From assembly GCF_006345805.1 (NCBI RefSeq), contig NC_042998.1, forward strand, positions 2,914,001 to 2,978,000: 64,000 bases of DNA, given 5' to 3'. The notes below the pieces were generated by a model, which was not told where the DNA came from, ran no database searches, and saw nothing but the letters and a program-made list of their open reading frames with translations. Source of the DNA: Octopus sinensis (lineage: Eukaryota). How positions within the stretch are numbered: position 1 is the stretch's first letter; the number at the start of each line of letters is the position of its first letter. This document shows, piece after piece, positions 1 to 12,889 of the stretch. Both the position numbers and the translations under genes were made by a program.

Positions 1-652
1 TAAACACACAAACACCAGTTGTCAAGTGGTGATGGGGTACAAGCCCAGTTACACACACATACGACAGGCTTCTTTCAGTTTCTATCTCCCAAATCCACTC
101 ATGAAGCTACAAAACTTGCCCAAGGTGCCTCGCAGTTGGACTAAACCCAAAACCATATGGTTGGGAAGCAATCTTCTTACTACACAGTGAAGCCTGTGCC
201 ATAAATGACAAGTTTCCATATGTATATAAATATATTTATATATATAAATATATGTGTGTGTGTCTGTAAATGCCTGGATAAATGTAAACAAGCATACATC
301 GCTATGCAAGCATACATATGCATACATCTATATGCAAAGATACATCAATGCTTACATGTGTAACACACATGCATGCATAACCAAGCAGTCTGGTTGAATT
401 AGGCAAAACTTAAAAATGATACATTCTAATAGACTTGATACTACTTTCAGTATTCAACAGTAAATCTTTTATAATTCTGAAAATTGTCTCAAAATAATAA
501 ACTTAAATTAACAAGTTTTACCCATATCTCCATGCACAGATGAACACAAATCTACACTACACTAGCACATATATATATATACACTACACTAGCACATATA
601 TATCTATATATATGTATGTGTGCATATATATATGTATATATATATACGTTCT

Positions 653-684
<32 letters not shown>

Positions 685-685
685 A

Positions 686-701
<16 letters not shown>

Positions 702-722
<21 letters not shown>

Positions 723-3700
723 ATTTGGCTCAAAAGCAAATAGCAAGGCCATGTAGGGGGACATGGAGTTAAGTACAGGGTGGTGTTCATGTAAAGAGTT
801 CAGGCCACTTGAGGTCCAGGGAGGCTTTGAACAAAGCGGTCGTCGGCATCTTCGCCATCTCGTCTGGCAGCTTGTTCCACGGATCCGCAACCCGGACGGA
901 GAAAGCTCCTCTCCTTCGATTGAGATGAAATCGTCGCAGGTAGAGCTTTTCGGAATGACCCCGCAGCCGACGCTCTGGAGCAGGAGTGAAGAACAGCTCT
1001 TTCGAGAGGTTAGACTTTCCGCTTATAATGTTGTGGGCGAGAATGAGATCACCACGGCGGCGGCGTTTTTCAAGAGAATAAAGGTCGAGCGTCCTCAGCC
1101 TTTCTTCGTAGGACAAATTTTTGAGACCATGAACCATGCGGGTAGCCAGCCTCTGGACTCTTTCGAGATGCTGTATGTCTTTGAGGAGATAAGGAGAAGA
1201 GGCCTGAATCCCATACTCACCAGCGTGACATAGAGTGGTAGGAATATGGCTGCTGTGAGCATTCCGAATGACCGTCGAATCAAGAACAGAATTCCGCGTG
1301 CTTTATTGGCAGCATGGACGCACTGGGCTGAAGGCGAAAAGGAGGAATCCACCAAGATACCCAGGTCCTTTACCTGATCGGTCCTCTCCAGCAGCAGCCG
1401 ACCCGGCTCGAAATCAAGTTGAGTTGCAGGAGTAGAGCCGACAGGCAGATGACAGCACTTTGACACGTTCAGACACAGGTCCCAATCGTTAGACCACTTC
1501 CAAATTTGGTGGAGGCATCGACGAAGATCCTCTATATTACCGCGAGGAGCGACCAGTTTGATATCGTCGGCAAATAGAAGGGTGTGTTGCGTGAGGTCGT
1601 CGGGCAAGTCATTTATGAAGACTAAGAACAACAAGGGCCCAAGCACTGAACCTTGAGGCATGCCACTGCTCGCACTGGAGACGTCGGACCGCGAACCATT
1701 AACTTGGACTTGGAAGGAGCGATCTGAGAGAAAGGCACCAACCCATCGTATAATATCCGGATGGAAACTATATGCTTGAAGCTTGACAAGTAATATGCGG
1801 TGGTTTACCGAGTCAAAAGCTTTGGCAAAGTCCAATAAAACGATGTCAACAGCATCACTATCATCGAGGATGCGCGTCACCAATTCTTCCATTACTAGTA
1901 AGTTGATCAAGCATGATCTCTTCAGCACGAAGCCGTGTTGGGAATCAGAGATAGAGGCTGTGTTTAGGAGGTGGAGCATCATACTTTTCTTAAGGATGGT
2001 TTCGAACATCTTGCTGATTATTGATGTAAGGGAAACCGGTCGGTAGTTAAGCGGGTCTTCACGGCTCCCTTTCTTGAAAATTGGGCAGATTATCGCTGTT
2101 CTCCAGTCTGCAGGTATAACACCCGTCGCCAATGACATATTGAATAGTCGTGTTAAGGGCTCGCAGATGACCGGAGCCAACGCTTTGATAACCCGTGGGT
2201 ACATGCCGTCAGGGCCGTGACCCTTGTTGACATCGAGGCCTTGAATAACACGTTTGACTTCATCCCGCGTGATGACCAATCGAAGCATTGGAGGTACCGA
2301 TCTATCAAATGGAGGGGGTTCACGACCATCATCTTGTTTGAAAATAGTTGAAAAAGCCTCGGCAAATAATTGACTCTGTTGATAAGGGTCCTCAATCGAT
2401 ATGCCTGTTGAGTCTACCAACGTTGCAATCTGGTTGTTCAAGCGGGAATTCCGCTGGACATGGGCAAAGAAGGTTTTTGGATTGCAACTGGCATTTGCCG
2501 CGATTTTGTATTCATAACTGAAGCGTTCTCTCTTTTCAATTTTCACGGCTCTGTCTCGTTGAGTTTTGTACACCTCAAAAGCTGCAGTCGAATCCAGATT
2601 TTTGAATTCAGCCCAAGCAATATCTCTGAGTCGACGTTCTCGTTTAACCTTCTTCGTTACCCAGGGCTTGTGTTTCTTCTTCTTGGGAAGCCAACGGGAA
2701 CTGCCTGGTCAGTCAAACAGATTACATATGCTTTGAGGGATGACCATAGTTCGTCAACTGAGGACAACGTCATCAGGGATCGCCAGTCCAGAAGCGCGGA
2801 AGCCTCGGTTAGAATTTCAAGATTAATTGCAGAGAAGACTCTACGTGGCAGCGAAGTAGTCGTGGGCATAGAAAAAGTTGTGTGCATGACGAACTTCAGG
2901 ACCGCATGATCACTCTTGGCAAGAGGGGCACACACAGATACGTCTGACACTGATCTTGGATAGCGGGAGAATACCAGATCTAGCATAGATGGCTGCTGCC
3001 CAGACCGATGCCTTGTCGGATATTCAACATGTTGCGATAGAAAACAATCTTCAGCCACGTCAAGAAGGGCCTGGCCGAAACGGGAAGATGTTGTACAAAT
3101 TGATGCGGGCCAATCGATCGTGGGAGCGTTGAAGTCTCCTAGTACCAAACATTCATGCAAAGCTGAAACGAATCTTATCGCTTCGAGTAAATGAGTATCG
3201 TCCTGGGGGTCGGCAAGAGGCGGCCTGTAGACAGCCAACACGGGCAGGCAAAACTCAGATAGGCTCAGCTTGCAATAGACGGCATGGAATTTTGTTGTAG
3301 GTTGAGCATTAGTGGGTAGAATACCGCTGGACGGTTTGTGCTCAGACTTAACATACACAGCAACACCTCCACCTCGCCTTTTTCCTCTGTCACATCTGAA
3401 AAGGACGTAGCCCTGCAGGTGGATTTCTGAGTCCTTTACTGCTGGAGTCAGCCAAGTCTCGGTGATAGCTATCACATCAGGGGAGTCACGTATGGCCAGT
3501 GTAAATAGTTCGCTGAACTTTGGGAATAAGGAGCACGAGTTGGTGTAGACGATGCTGAGCTGTGAAGTCTGACGGGCGGGAGTTGGGGAACAAGCAGAAT
3601 AAGGGGTATCAGAGATAGCGTCGTTGACGGGGGTATCAACTTCACTTCGATTTGCCCTCACATCACTTTCCCTGTCAGCACTACAGCATGGGACCAGATG

Positions 3701-4175
3701 TAGGACTTGATTATCTGTCCATCTTGGATTCATAAACCCTTCTCTCCCATTTGTTTCCTCATCTTTAGTTCGGATATTAAGTTTCTCCGGCGAATTCTCT
3801 CTCTTAGTGAGTATTCCTCGCGAAAACCCATATTGGGGTCCTCCCAGGCATGCGTTTGAGCTCTGTTCAGAAAGACTGAAGCCTCCCGATCGGAGGAGAA
3901 GATTACCCTTATTGGGCGTGGTCTAGTATCTGAGGTTGGGTTCGCTTGGAATCTTCCTAGCCGAGCGACCTTATGGACACTGACATTTTCGTTCACAGAG
4001 AACAATTTTCCAACTAAAATGGAAACAAAATTAATGTCATCTTTTAGGCGGTTTATGCCTGTATCACAGGTGGATTCAGCTTTACCATAAATTATTGCTG
4101 ATCTTGAGTGGGCAAAATGTTCTCTACTATGAGCTGCGGTATTCGATTCTTCATTGGAAGATTTCGAAAGGGTGG
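702..4175 (-). mobile_element. CR1-group LINE, 5'-truncated within ORF1, with near-complete but frameshifted APE-endonuclease/reverse transcriptase ORF2 and a (TAAC)n tail
   Basis: ORF1 fragment (RPRPIRVIF, REEYSLRER). EN motifs IAITETWL, VYRPP, LGDFN, LDLVF, SDH. RT motifs GPDG, NYRPVSLT, QHGF, DFAKAFDSV, GMPQGSVLGP, LFADD. C-terminal LEKRRRRGDLI and WNKLP. (TAAC)n tail at 702-723; inserted in (TA)n. Confidence 0.95.
787..3560 (-). pseudogene. Disrupted LINE ORF2 (EN-RT) split over ORFs 2657..3733, 1095..2573 and 787..1137
   Basis: Frameshift near 2685 (the ...KKKHKPWVTKKVKR frame continues into the RT ORF). A 13-nt deletion at ~1216 relative to the copy at ~34140. Confidence 0.9.
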
Positions 4176-4362
4176 TATATATCATCATCATCATATATAT
4201 ATATATGTACACATGGGCACAGGATGTCACCAACTGTAAACAACATGAAGTACGAAAACAAGCAAGTTATATACGCAAAAGATTGAAAACAGGACAAGCA
4301 ACAGAAAGAACAACCCTTCATCGGTTGTCAGCCGTTCATTCATATATGCACACACACATACA

Positions 4363-4800
4363 TACGAGGTTTGATCAAAAAGTATTGGGACTGGTGCTAT
4401 AAAAAGAAAACTACAACACACATCAGTTCAGCATTTAATCTCCTTCAAAGTAACCCCACTTCTGAAACCAAAACACTTTATCCAGAGTCATATTCATTGA
4501 TGAAAGAATTCTTGGAACTCCTTTTTTTTAAGAAAGCAAGCAGCTGTCCTGTTTAATTCTCTTGGCTTTCCTCAACATCTCGAAATCTTGATGGGACCTT
4601 CCACTGCAAAAACTGAGGCTTGGTTTCAGGGTCATCGTCAGGGATCCATAATTCGTCATCTGTTATGACATCACCATTTCCAAAATGTTTCTGTCATCCT
4701 AAACACAATCAAGGAGATCCTGTACAGCTTAACCCCAATCTTCTTTTTCAGACGACAACACTTAACACACTTTACATCGAAGCACTGCTAACATACAAGA
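4363..4800 (-). mobile_element. Degenerate mariner element
   Basis: TA-CGAGGTTTGATCAAAAAGTA mariner-type end at 4363. Minus strand reads VITDDELW...DPETKPQ (decayed VTGDE.W / YDPETK motif). The other end was not located. Confidence 0.65.
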
Positions 4801-5405
4801 GAAGTGAGCAAGAATGTTATACCATAGTATGCAAGCGTTAATGTGTGCCAAGTGGCAGCTTCATTCTGCAAACTTTAGCTTTATTACCATAGTAAAAGCC
4901 CCAATAGTACAAGTGTTTTTAGTGTGACATGTATGTGCATCTGTGTTTGTTTCCTGATCATCACTAGACAACTGGTGTTGGTTTGTTGACGTCCAATAAC
5001 TTAGTAATGGAAACTGACAGAATAAGTAGGACTTAAAATTAAGTCAATTAGTTCAATGAAAATCCTTCAAGGTGATGCTCCAGCATGGCTGCAGTCAAAT
5101 AACAGAAACAAGTAAAAAGACAAAATATTATCTTCTTTGTTGAAGATATCTAACAAACAAATTCAGAGTAAAAGATGTATAGGATTAACTCATACCCCAG
5201 TACCTAACTGGTATCTATTTTATCGACCCCAGAAGAATGGAAGTGAAGTCAACTCCAACAAGATTTGAACTCAGAACATAAAGGGTTACAACTAAAAGCC
5301 ATAGCACAGCAAACTGCCTAACAATCTATCAATTCTGTTGATCCAATTATGAAACAGAATTCCAGAATAAATATATTTAATTAATTAAAAGAAATATTGA
5401 CTTAC

Positions 5406-5589
5406 GATATTAATAGATCAGCAATATGATTGTGCCCTTGACTAAGGGCAACTTCCCTTGGAGTCTCTCCCTTTGAATTGGTAATATGTATAACGTCAGT
5501 ACCTACTTCTGTGAGGACTAGACTTATCACTTGGGGTAGACCATGGTGAGCAGCAAAAAAAAGGAGATTAGCACAGGCTGCAGGTTTTC
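5406..5589 (-). CDS. AKAP13/ARHGEF28: Coding exon 4, ankyrin-repeat region (GKPAACANLLFFAAHHGLPQVISLVLTEVGTDVIHITNSKGETPREVALSQGHNHIADLLI)
   Basis: 184 nt, acceptor tcatttcag, donor TC|gtaagt, phases 1 to 2, open frame. Ankyrin motifs LLFFAAHHG and N.KGETP..VA...GH..IADLL. Confidence 0.88.
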
Positions 5590-5825
5590 CTGAAATGATA
5601 AAGAATAAATAAAGTCAATAAATATGAGAATAAATCTATAAAAATGAAAGAAAACTCTGGAAGGAAAAAATACACAAATGAAATCAGTTTTATCTGTTTT
5701 ATGTACATCGTGGCCAGATCTGGCCTCTCACACCTACCCTACAATGTCATTCTAAAAATAAAACATATCATCTAAATTTTGAAGTTATGAGACAGTGCAT
5801 GGTTATATGATAGTGGTAGACATCA

Positions 5826-6200
5826 ATTGGTCTCGAGGGGCCATAGATCTGCACCCCAAAAAATCATGTCAACTGCTGATGGGGGTGCAGCATTTGCCAT
5901 AGCTGTAGAAGCACACACGGGAGTGGCAGTCATGCATACAGTGACAACATTTGAAGGAGCTCTCTGCCAGGGTTACTGGCTTTTCATTCCGTTGAGTGCT
6001 CTTTTCTTTTTGTCTTCCCTTCACTTCATCCCCTTTCGCAGTATTTGTCTCCAGTGTGAGCAATCAATTGCGACTTACTCCAATCTCTGGATGTCCAGAT
6101 CATATCTCTCTTGCAGATGTCCTTGAATCAAAGATGAGGTCGTCCTCACGCTCTTGCGCCAGGGACTAATTCCCTATATCTTAAGTGGAGAGTTTTTGCA
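5826..6200 (-). mobile_element. RTE (BovB-like) LINE 3' fragment
   Basis: Minus-strand relic GRPHL*FKDICKRDM and the C-terminal zinc-finger-like FKCCHCMHDCHSRV (RTE CxxC.R.C.SR.GL.SH motif). Confidence 0.65.
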
Positions 6201-7248
6201 ATAAAGAGGTGAGGCTGTGTTGTTAAGAAGTTTGCTTCCCAGCCACATGGTTTCAGGATCAATCCCATCGTGTGGCAGCTTTAGCAATTGTCTCCTACTA
6301 CAACCAAAGACAATCAAAGGCTTGTAATTGAATTTAGTAGGTGGAAACTGAAAGAAGCCTGTTGTGTGTGTGTGTGTGTGTGTGTATAAATGTGTTGTGT
6401 GTAAGTGTGTATATGTTTGTGTCTCCTTGTTTTGACAGCACTGGATAGTTGTAAATGAGTGTCACGATCATACAAGTGGTATCATTCATTTCTAATACTC
6501 TTCAAAAATAAGGAGGGGGGCAGTGAGCTGACAGAATCTTCAGCATGCTGGACAAAATGCTTAGCAGTATTTCATCCATCTTTATGTTCTGTGTTCAAAT
6601 TCCAGTGAGGTCAACTTTGCCTTTCATTCCTTCAGGGGTCAACAAAATAAGTATCAGTTGAGAACCGGGGTCAATGTAACCCCTGAAATTGCTGGCCATG
6701 TGCCAAAATTTGAAACCAATATCTGCAAAAGCATGTCTTGCCATAGGGAAATATTACCTTGCTTGGAACAAGAGAGGGTTGGTGACAGGAAGGGCATCCA
6801 GATGCAGAAAATCTGCCTCAATGAACCCTGTCTGACCCATCCCAGGTCCTTGCTGGAAATAACAGCCAAATTGACCTCAGATCACAATTCACCAGTTTAA
6901 GAAAGGGAACAGTTGGATAATGTGGTCCCAGCTATAGTGTATATAGGAAGAGAGGATGAAGACCATGGCAGGGACGCTTTTGATCATAGGTCTGTTTGAT
7001 CAGTACTGACCTAGAGATAAACAATAACCCTTTCACAATTAAAAATAGGTCAACTACCATATGTTACTCAAAGAACAAGATCTGAGGGTGAACGGAATAT
7101 TTTTTCTAATTCTTTTTTAACTGTTTGTTTGTTTTTTTCTTTTATATATTGTTTATATTTATTTTAATTTACATATGTTTTATGTTTGATTCAAAGAATA
7201 CATTAGTGCTATTGTTGTAATAGTTCCAATAGCAGATTAAGGTAACAG

Positions 7249-7286
<38 letters not shown>

Positions 7287-7995
7287 CATAAAAGTATATG
7301 TTTGAAGAGGCTCTAAAATAACAGACACACACACAATACTAATAAAATACTCCCCTTTTTTTTTTCTTTTTGGTATTCCGATTAATTTGGAAAATAATTT
7401 AGCGGATGGATTTAGTAAAGTAAATTAACTTTTAATAAAATTACTTGTTTGGGACACAATTTTAAAATTTCCTAATGAAACACAGGCATGGCTGTGTGGT
7501 AAGAAGCTTGCTTCTCAACCACATGGTCCTGGGTTCAGTCCGACCATGTGACATCTTAAGCTGACCATAGCCTTATGAATGGATTTTGGTTGAAGGAAAC
7601 TGAAAGAAGCTTGACATTGGATACAAGAATGTTGGTCAACCATGGCTCAGATACAAGGACAAGCTGAAGAGTAACCTTTCAGCAGTCAATATAACTCACA
7701 ACACCTTTGACCAAAGGGCCCTTGATGAACAAAATGGAGATTGTTATGTCAAAATGGTGTAAGAGACTTTGTTTCAGCATTAAGAGGCTTCAGGGTGCAA
7801 AACAAAGGAGAAAAGCGGCTGCACTTATACCGCCTGCAATCCTCATATTTGCAACATCTGAAGGTTTCTCTTCAAATCATTCTCTTCAAAAGTCATATTC
7901 AGCATAAGCTTTATGACTGATAAAGAAAGTGTAGGTTATTGGGTGTTCATACCTGTTGCTTCTGCTAAATATTAATAAATAAATAAATGCGTGTA

Positions 7996-8320
7996 TCATC
8001 ATCATCATCGTTTTAACATCCATTTTCCATGCTGGCATGGGTTGGATGGTTTGACTGGGGTCTGGAAAGCCAGTAGGCTGCACCAGGCTCCAATCTGATC
8101 TGGCAGTGTTTCTATAGCTAGATGCCCTTCCTAATGCCAACCACTGCGAGAGTATAGTGGGTGCTTTTTTACATGCCACCAGTACAGGAGCCAGTAGGGC
8201 AGGCCTGACATTGATCACATTCGGATGGTGCTTTTTACATGCTACCAGCACAGGAGCCAATCAGGGGGCACTGGCATCGGCCACGATCAGAAAGTGCTTT
8301 TTACATGCCACTGGCATGGG
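7996..8320 (-). mobile_element. RTE 3'UTR-derived repeat with internal tandem units and (GAT)n tail
   Basis: Same sequence as the 3' end of the RTE at 28150-28660. Other copies near 8420-8645, 20160-20370, 35799-36055, 46800-47204, 50577-51125, 51800-52015 and 58050-58240. Confidence 0.8.
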
Positions 8321-9260
8321 AGTCATATGTATGTATAAGAGATAGAGGGCTGAGATATATGGTGCATTGCTGTACTCATAAAGATCTGCCCACCACAACA
8401 GAATTGAGATCCTAAATTCAAGGTGTCACATAAAAAGCATTGGTGTGGGAGTTGGTACCACATAAAAAGCACTGGCGCTGATATCATATAAAAAAAACAC
8501 TAAGTAGACTTTGTGAAGTGGTTGGTGTTAGGAATGGCATCTAACCATAGAAACCAAGCCAAAATAGAACCTGGTATGGCTGCTGGCTTTTCCACATCAA
8601 TCCATTTAACCCATGCCAGCATGAAAAATGGATATTAAATGATGGTGTGTGTGTGTGTGTAAGTCTTTATGTGTTTGTCCCCCACCACTAGTTGACAACC
8701 AGTATTTGTGTGTCCCTGTAACTTAGAAGTTCAGCAAAAGAGACCAATAAAAAAAAAGAAAAAGAAAGTACTGGGGTCGATTCATTGAACTAAAACTCTT
8801 CATGGCAGTGCCCCAGCATGGCCGCAGTCTGATGACTGAAACGAGTAAGAGATAAACAACATTCTGTGTATAGAACTAAAAACAAATGACACCACGTGAA
8901 GGGAAACTTTATTTACAAAGATTGTGCAGCACCTCAAGAAATGGACTGCAAGCAAATGATGGGCTTCTTTCAGTTTCCATCTACGTAATTCACTCAGAGG
9001 GCATTGGTTGGCCCAGGGCTATAATAGAAGACACTTGCCCATGGTGCCATGCAGTGGGGGGACTGAACCCGGAACCGTGTGGTTGGGAAGTGAACTTCTG
9101 AAGCATTACAGCCATGACTGTTGCCAATCAAATGATAAAGAATGGTTTGGTTTTAAATGTGTAGAGTTTTAAGAAGTGAGGTTCTTCTGTTTCTTGATTC
9201 TGTGGGATGACTTTGAGTGGGTTGGGAGGGGAAAGAGTCTTATCACTGTTTTACAGCAAT

Positions 9261-9264
9261 GAAA

Positions 9265-9311
<47 letters not shown>

Positions 9312-9670
9312 GAAGGAAAGGAAAGGAAGGAAGGAAGCAAGGAAGGAAGAATGAAAGAGTGAAAGAGTGGAAAAAAGAAAGCAAGGAAGGAAGGAAGAAT
9401 GAAAGCGTGGAAGAAAGAAAGAAAGAAAGAGTGGAAAAAAGAAAGAGTGGAAGAAAGGAAGGAAGAATGAAAGAAAGAAGGAAAGAGTGAAAGAAAGAAA
9501 GAGGAAGGAAGGAAGAAAGAAGAAGAAGAAGTTGAGATAAAAAGAAAGAAAAATAATGAGGGGGGAAGAGAAAGAAAAATAAGGAGGCAAAAATGTATAA
9601 AGAAAGAGAAAATAAAGAAAGAATAGAAGAAAAAGACAAAATAAAAAAAAGATTGCAAAAAGAAGGAAAA
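9261..9670. repeat. Polypurine (GAAA)n/(GGAA)n low-complexity tract
   Basis: About 410 nt that are almost entirely A/G on the + strand. Confidence 0.95.
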
Positions 9671-10187
9671 GTCTGGTTTCGTTAATGCTAATTTACTATT
9701 TACTACTAATAACTTTAATTATTTCTAAATATAATCTTGTAATTGTTTATTGAATGTGGTGATGGGTGAATGAAAGACTTCTACGTCTGTATGGAGGGAA
9801 GTGAAACAATTCTATGTTTATGAAGATTTAAAGAAAAACTCTAAGAATTATGTACGTTTAGAAATGTCTTTTAAAATGTATAATACATTATAATATCTTT
9901 CTATATAAAACGATTGCTGTCTTCAGTATTTAAAGGTTATTTTTTTGACAAATAAGGCAGAAAAATATTAGATGAATAATATAACTTACATGATAACGGG
10001 CATGGAAACTTGAAAAAAAAGTTCATTCTCAACTATTACTCACCAGAAACGAGCCTCTCTCAATCTCTTCCTCCTACATTCTCTCTCTTCCCCTCTCTGC
10101 TATTTATATATCACTTACTCTCTCTTGTCTTTCTCACTCACTATGAAAGCATTTCTTTGAAACTGCAATAATGTTTTTAGCATGTAG

Positions 10188-10201
10188 GTTACCATGGCAA
10201 C
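10188..10201. promoter_or_regulatory. Consensus RFX X-box motif
   Basis: GTTACCATGGCAAC fits GTTNCCATGGNAAC exactly and lies in non-repeat intronic sequence; function untested. Confidence 0.4.
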
Positions 10202-10386
10202 TGAGGCCCAAACCCACACACAAAGTTGACTAAGCAGTCGGAAGTATATATACACATATACACATACACACATACATGTATGTATATATGTGTGTAGTCC
10301 AATGAAATGACATAACTTCAGTGAATGGTGGTGCTATAGTACTAACTCTTCTTAGGGAACACCAACCACTTCTACCACCACTAACA

Positions 10387-10420
<34 letters not shown>

Positions 10421-10910
10421 CTACCACATATAACGAACAGCAGCCAACCTAACCTAGCACCTGCTCAACTCATCCTAACACCAGAGGAAACAGTAAAAAA
10501 AAAGTTTCACAGCAAAACAGATCACAGAATTCATACAAGAAAAGGATAGCAAAAAAAAAAAAAAATTAATTAATAAGATAATAAGCAAAATAGAACAATT
10601 CTTTCTTATTTCTTTTTTTTTTTCCTCATTTTCTCCAAAGTCCAGCTCATAATAGTTTATTTAGTCTGGTGATGGAACACCAGACTAGTAGAATGTACCT
10701 ACTATCAAAAGCTACAACCGAAACAGCACATGGAAACGTAGAGGTGTGACTGGGTGATAAGGAAACTGCTTTGCAACCACGTGGTTTCGGGTTCAGTCCC
10801 GTTGCATGGCATCTTAACTAGGGCTGGTGCCTTCTACTATAGCTCTGGATTGACCACTGCCTTGTGAGTAAACTTAATAGATGAAGACTGTTTGGAAGTC
10901 CGCGCACGCA

Positions 10911-11051
<141 letters not shown>

Positions 11052-11061
11052 TCACCATCAC

Positions 11062-11910
11062 TTGACAGAATCGTTAGCACACCAGGTAAAATGCTTAGCA
11101 GCATTTTGTTTCATGTTTATGTTCTGAGTTCAAATCCCACCAAGATCAGCTTTGCCTTTTGTTCTTTTGGGGTGGATAAATTAATTATCAGCTGAGCACT
11201 GGGATCGATGTTATTGACTTATCCCTCCCCACCAAAATGGCTGGCCATTATTATTGTTGTTGTTGCTCTTGAGGCGAACTGGCAGACTCCTTAGCAAACC
11301 ACACAGAATGCTTCGTGGCATTTTGTCCATCTTTATGTCCTTATTTCAAGTTCCACTGAGATTATTTTAGCCTTTCGGAGTCAATAAATTAAGTACCAGT
11401 TGAGCACTAGAGTTGATGTAATTGATTTTACCCCCACCCCACAAATTGCTGGCCTTGTGCCAAAATTTGAAACCATCATCATCATTTTTATTATTGTTAT
11501 TAAGACAACAAGCCAGTAGAATGGTTAGCACACTGGGCAAAATGCTTAGGGACATATCATTCATCTTTACATTCTGAGGTTGACTTTGCCTTTCATCCTT
11601 TCGGGGTCGATGAAATAAGTACCAGTTGTATACTGGGGTCAATGTAATCAATTTATTCCCTCCCCACAAACTTCAAGCCCTGTGCCCTCAATAGAAGGGA
11701 TTATTATTATCATTATTATTATTATTATTATTATTAAGGGGTCAGAAAAATACCTAGTGGTATTAACTCCAGCTCTTTACGGTATGAGTTCAAATCCCAC
11801 TGGTGTCAACTTTGCCTTTCAGTACTAATGAAGTACTGAGTCAATGTAATCGGTCAACCCTTCCCCACCAGTTTCAGGCCTTGTGACCATGTCAGAAACG
11901 ATTGTTATTA
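11062..11910 (+). mobile_element. Head-to-tail cluster of ~4 tRNA-derived SINEs (family B, Meta-domain-like)
   Basis: Repeated ctggcagaatcgttagcac...gagttcaaat (B box)...gactttgcctttcatcctttcggggtcgat...agtaccagt...ggccttgtgccaaaa, separated by (ATT)n/(ATC)n tails. Confidence 0.8.
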
Positions 11911-11982
11911 AGTGATAGTGCAGGTGGGGGAAACCGTTGGGACACAAGACAAAACAACTTGCAGTATTTACTTACACTGCTA

Positions 11983-12393
11983 TACTCTTTTTACTCTTAT
12001 ACTTGTTTCAGTCATTTGACTGCAGCCATGCTGGAGCACCACCTTTAGTCGAGCAAATCGACCCCAGGACTTATTCTTTGTAAGCCCAGTACTTATTCTA
12101 TCGGTCTCTTTTGCTGAACTGCTAAGTGACGGGGACATAAACACACCAGCATCGGTTGTCAAGCAATGCTAGGAGGACAAACACAGACACACAAACACAC
12201 ACACACACACATATAAATATACATATATACGACAGGCTTCTTTCAGTTTCCGTCTACCAAATCCACTCACAAGGCATTGGTCGGCCCGGGGCTATAGCAG
12301 AAGACATTTGCTCAAGATGCCACGCAGTGGGACTGAACCCGGAACCATGTGGTTGGTTAGCAAGCTACTTACCACACAGCCACTCCTGCGCCT
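11983..12393 (-). mobile_element. Full-length tRNA-derived SINE (family A, the dominant family in the window)
   Basis: Minus strand has A box TGGCTGTGTGG, B box GGTTCAGTCC, ttgagcaaatgtcttc body, an internal (TA)/(TG) microsatellite and tail ccagcatggctgcagtcaaatgactgaaacaagta(aagagta)n. More than 25 full or partial copies occur in the window. Confidence 0.9.
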
Positions 12394-12850
12394 ATATGAA
12401 TCTTATTGAAATTTCACCAAGGTCAACTTAGCCATTTATCTATCCCTCCACAAAAAAAAAAGTACTTGGTGGAGGTGGGGGCCAGTTTAATTAACTACCC
12501 CCACCTCCTGTTTAAGTTGGTAGAATGGCAAAAATCATTAGAGCATGAGACAAAAATATCCTTGTGGTATTTTTTCAGTAAAGTTTGGGTTCAAATCCTG
12601 CCGTGGCTGTGAGTTTTGCTTTTCTTCTCCGTCCAGGCTCTTTAGAATAAAAAAACTGATTAAGCTCAAGAGATGATTTAATCAAGTAATTCTACTTACT
12701 CTAAACTGTTGCTGTTGTGCCTAAGAAATAATTATTTCTTTATGTAATATAAGCTCTCTCCCTTCCTCGTTTCCTCATTTATCTCTCCTTGTGTTTCTCT
12801 CACACAATTCTCACTCTTGTTTATTAATCTCACCCTCTTTCTCTTTCCCC

Positions 12851-12889
<39 letters not shown>

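Noticed and set aside
763-2909. Plus-strand ORFs 763..1233, 1783..2046 and 2460..2909
   Set aside because: Antisense shadows of the GC-richer LINE ORF2 with no recognisable motifs.
3730-3733. AUGA overlap between LINE ORF1 stop and the ORF2 start suggested by the ORF track (termination-reinitiation)
   Set aside because: Reading through the TGA gives GEKGL*IQDGQIIKS..., a typical ORF1 C-terminus ending near 3658. The TGA is more likely a CGA-to-TGA mutation, making the overlap incidental.
9169-9658. Three overlapping F/S/L-rich ORFs
   Set aside because: Translations of the (GAAA)n low-complexity tract.
12156-12431. Recurrent peptide DRLLSVSVYQIHSQG...EDTCPRCHAVGLNPEPCGW in many ORFs, resembling a Cys-rich gene family
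   Set aside because: It is the antisense translation of the SINE A head, present in every copy.
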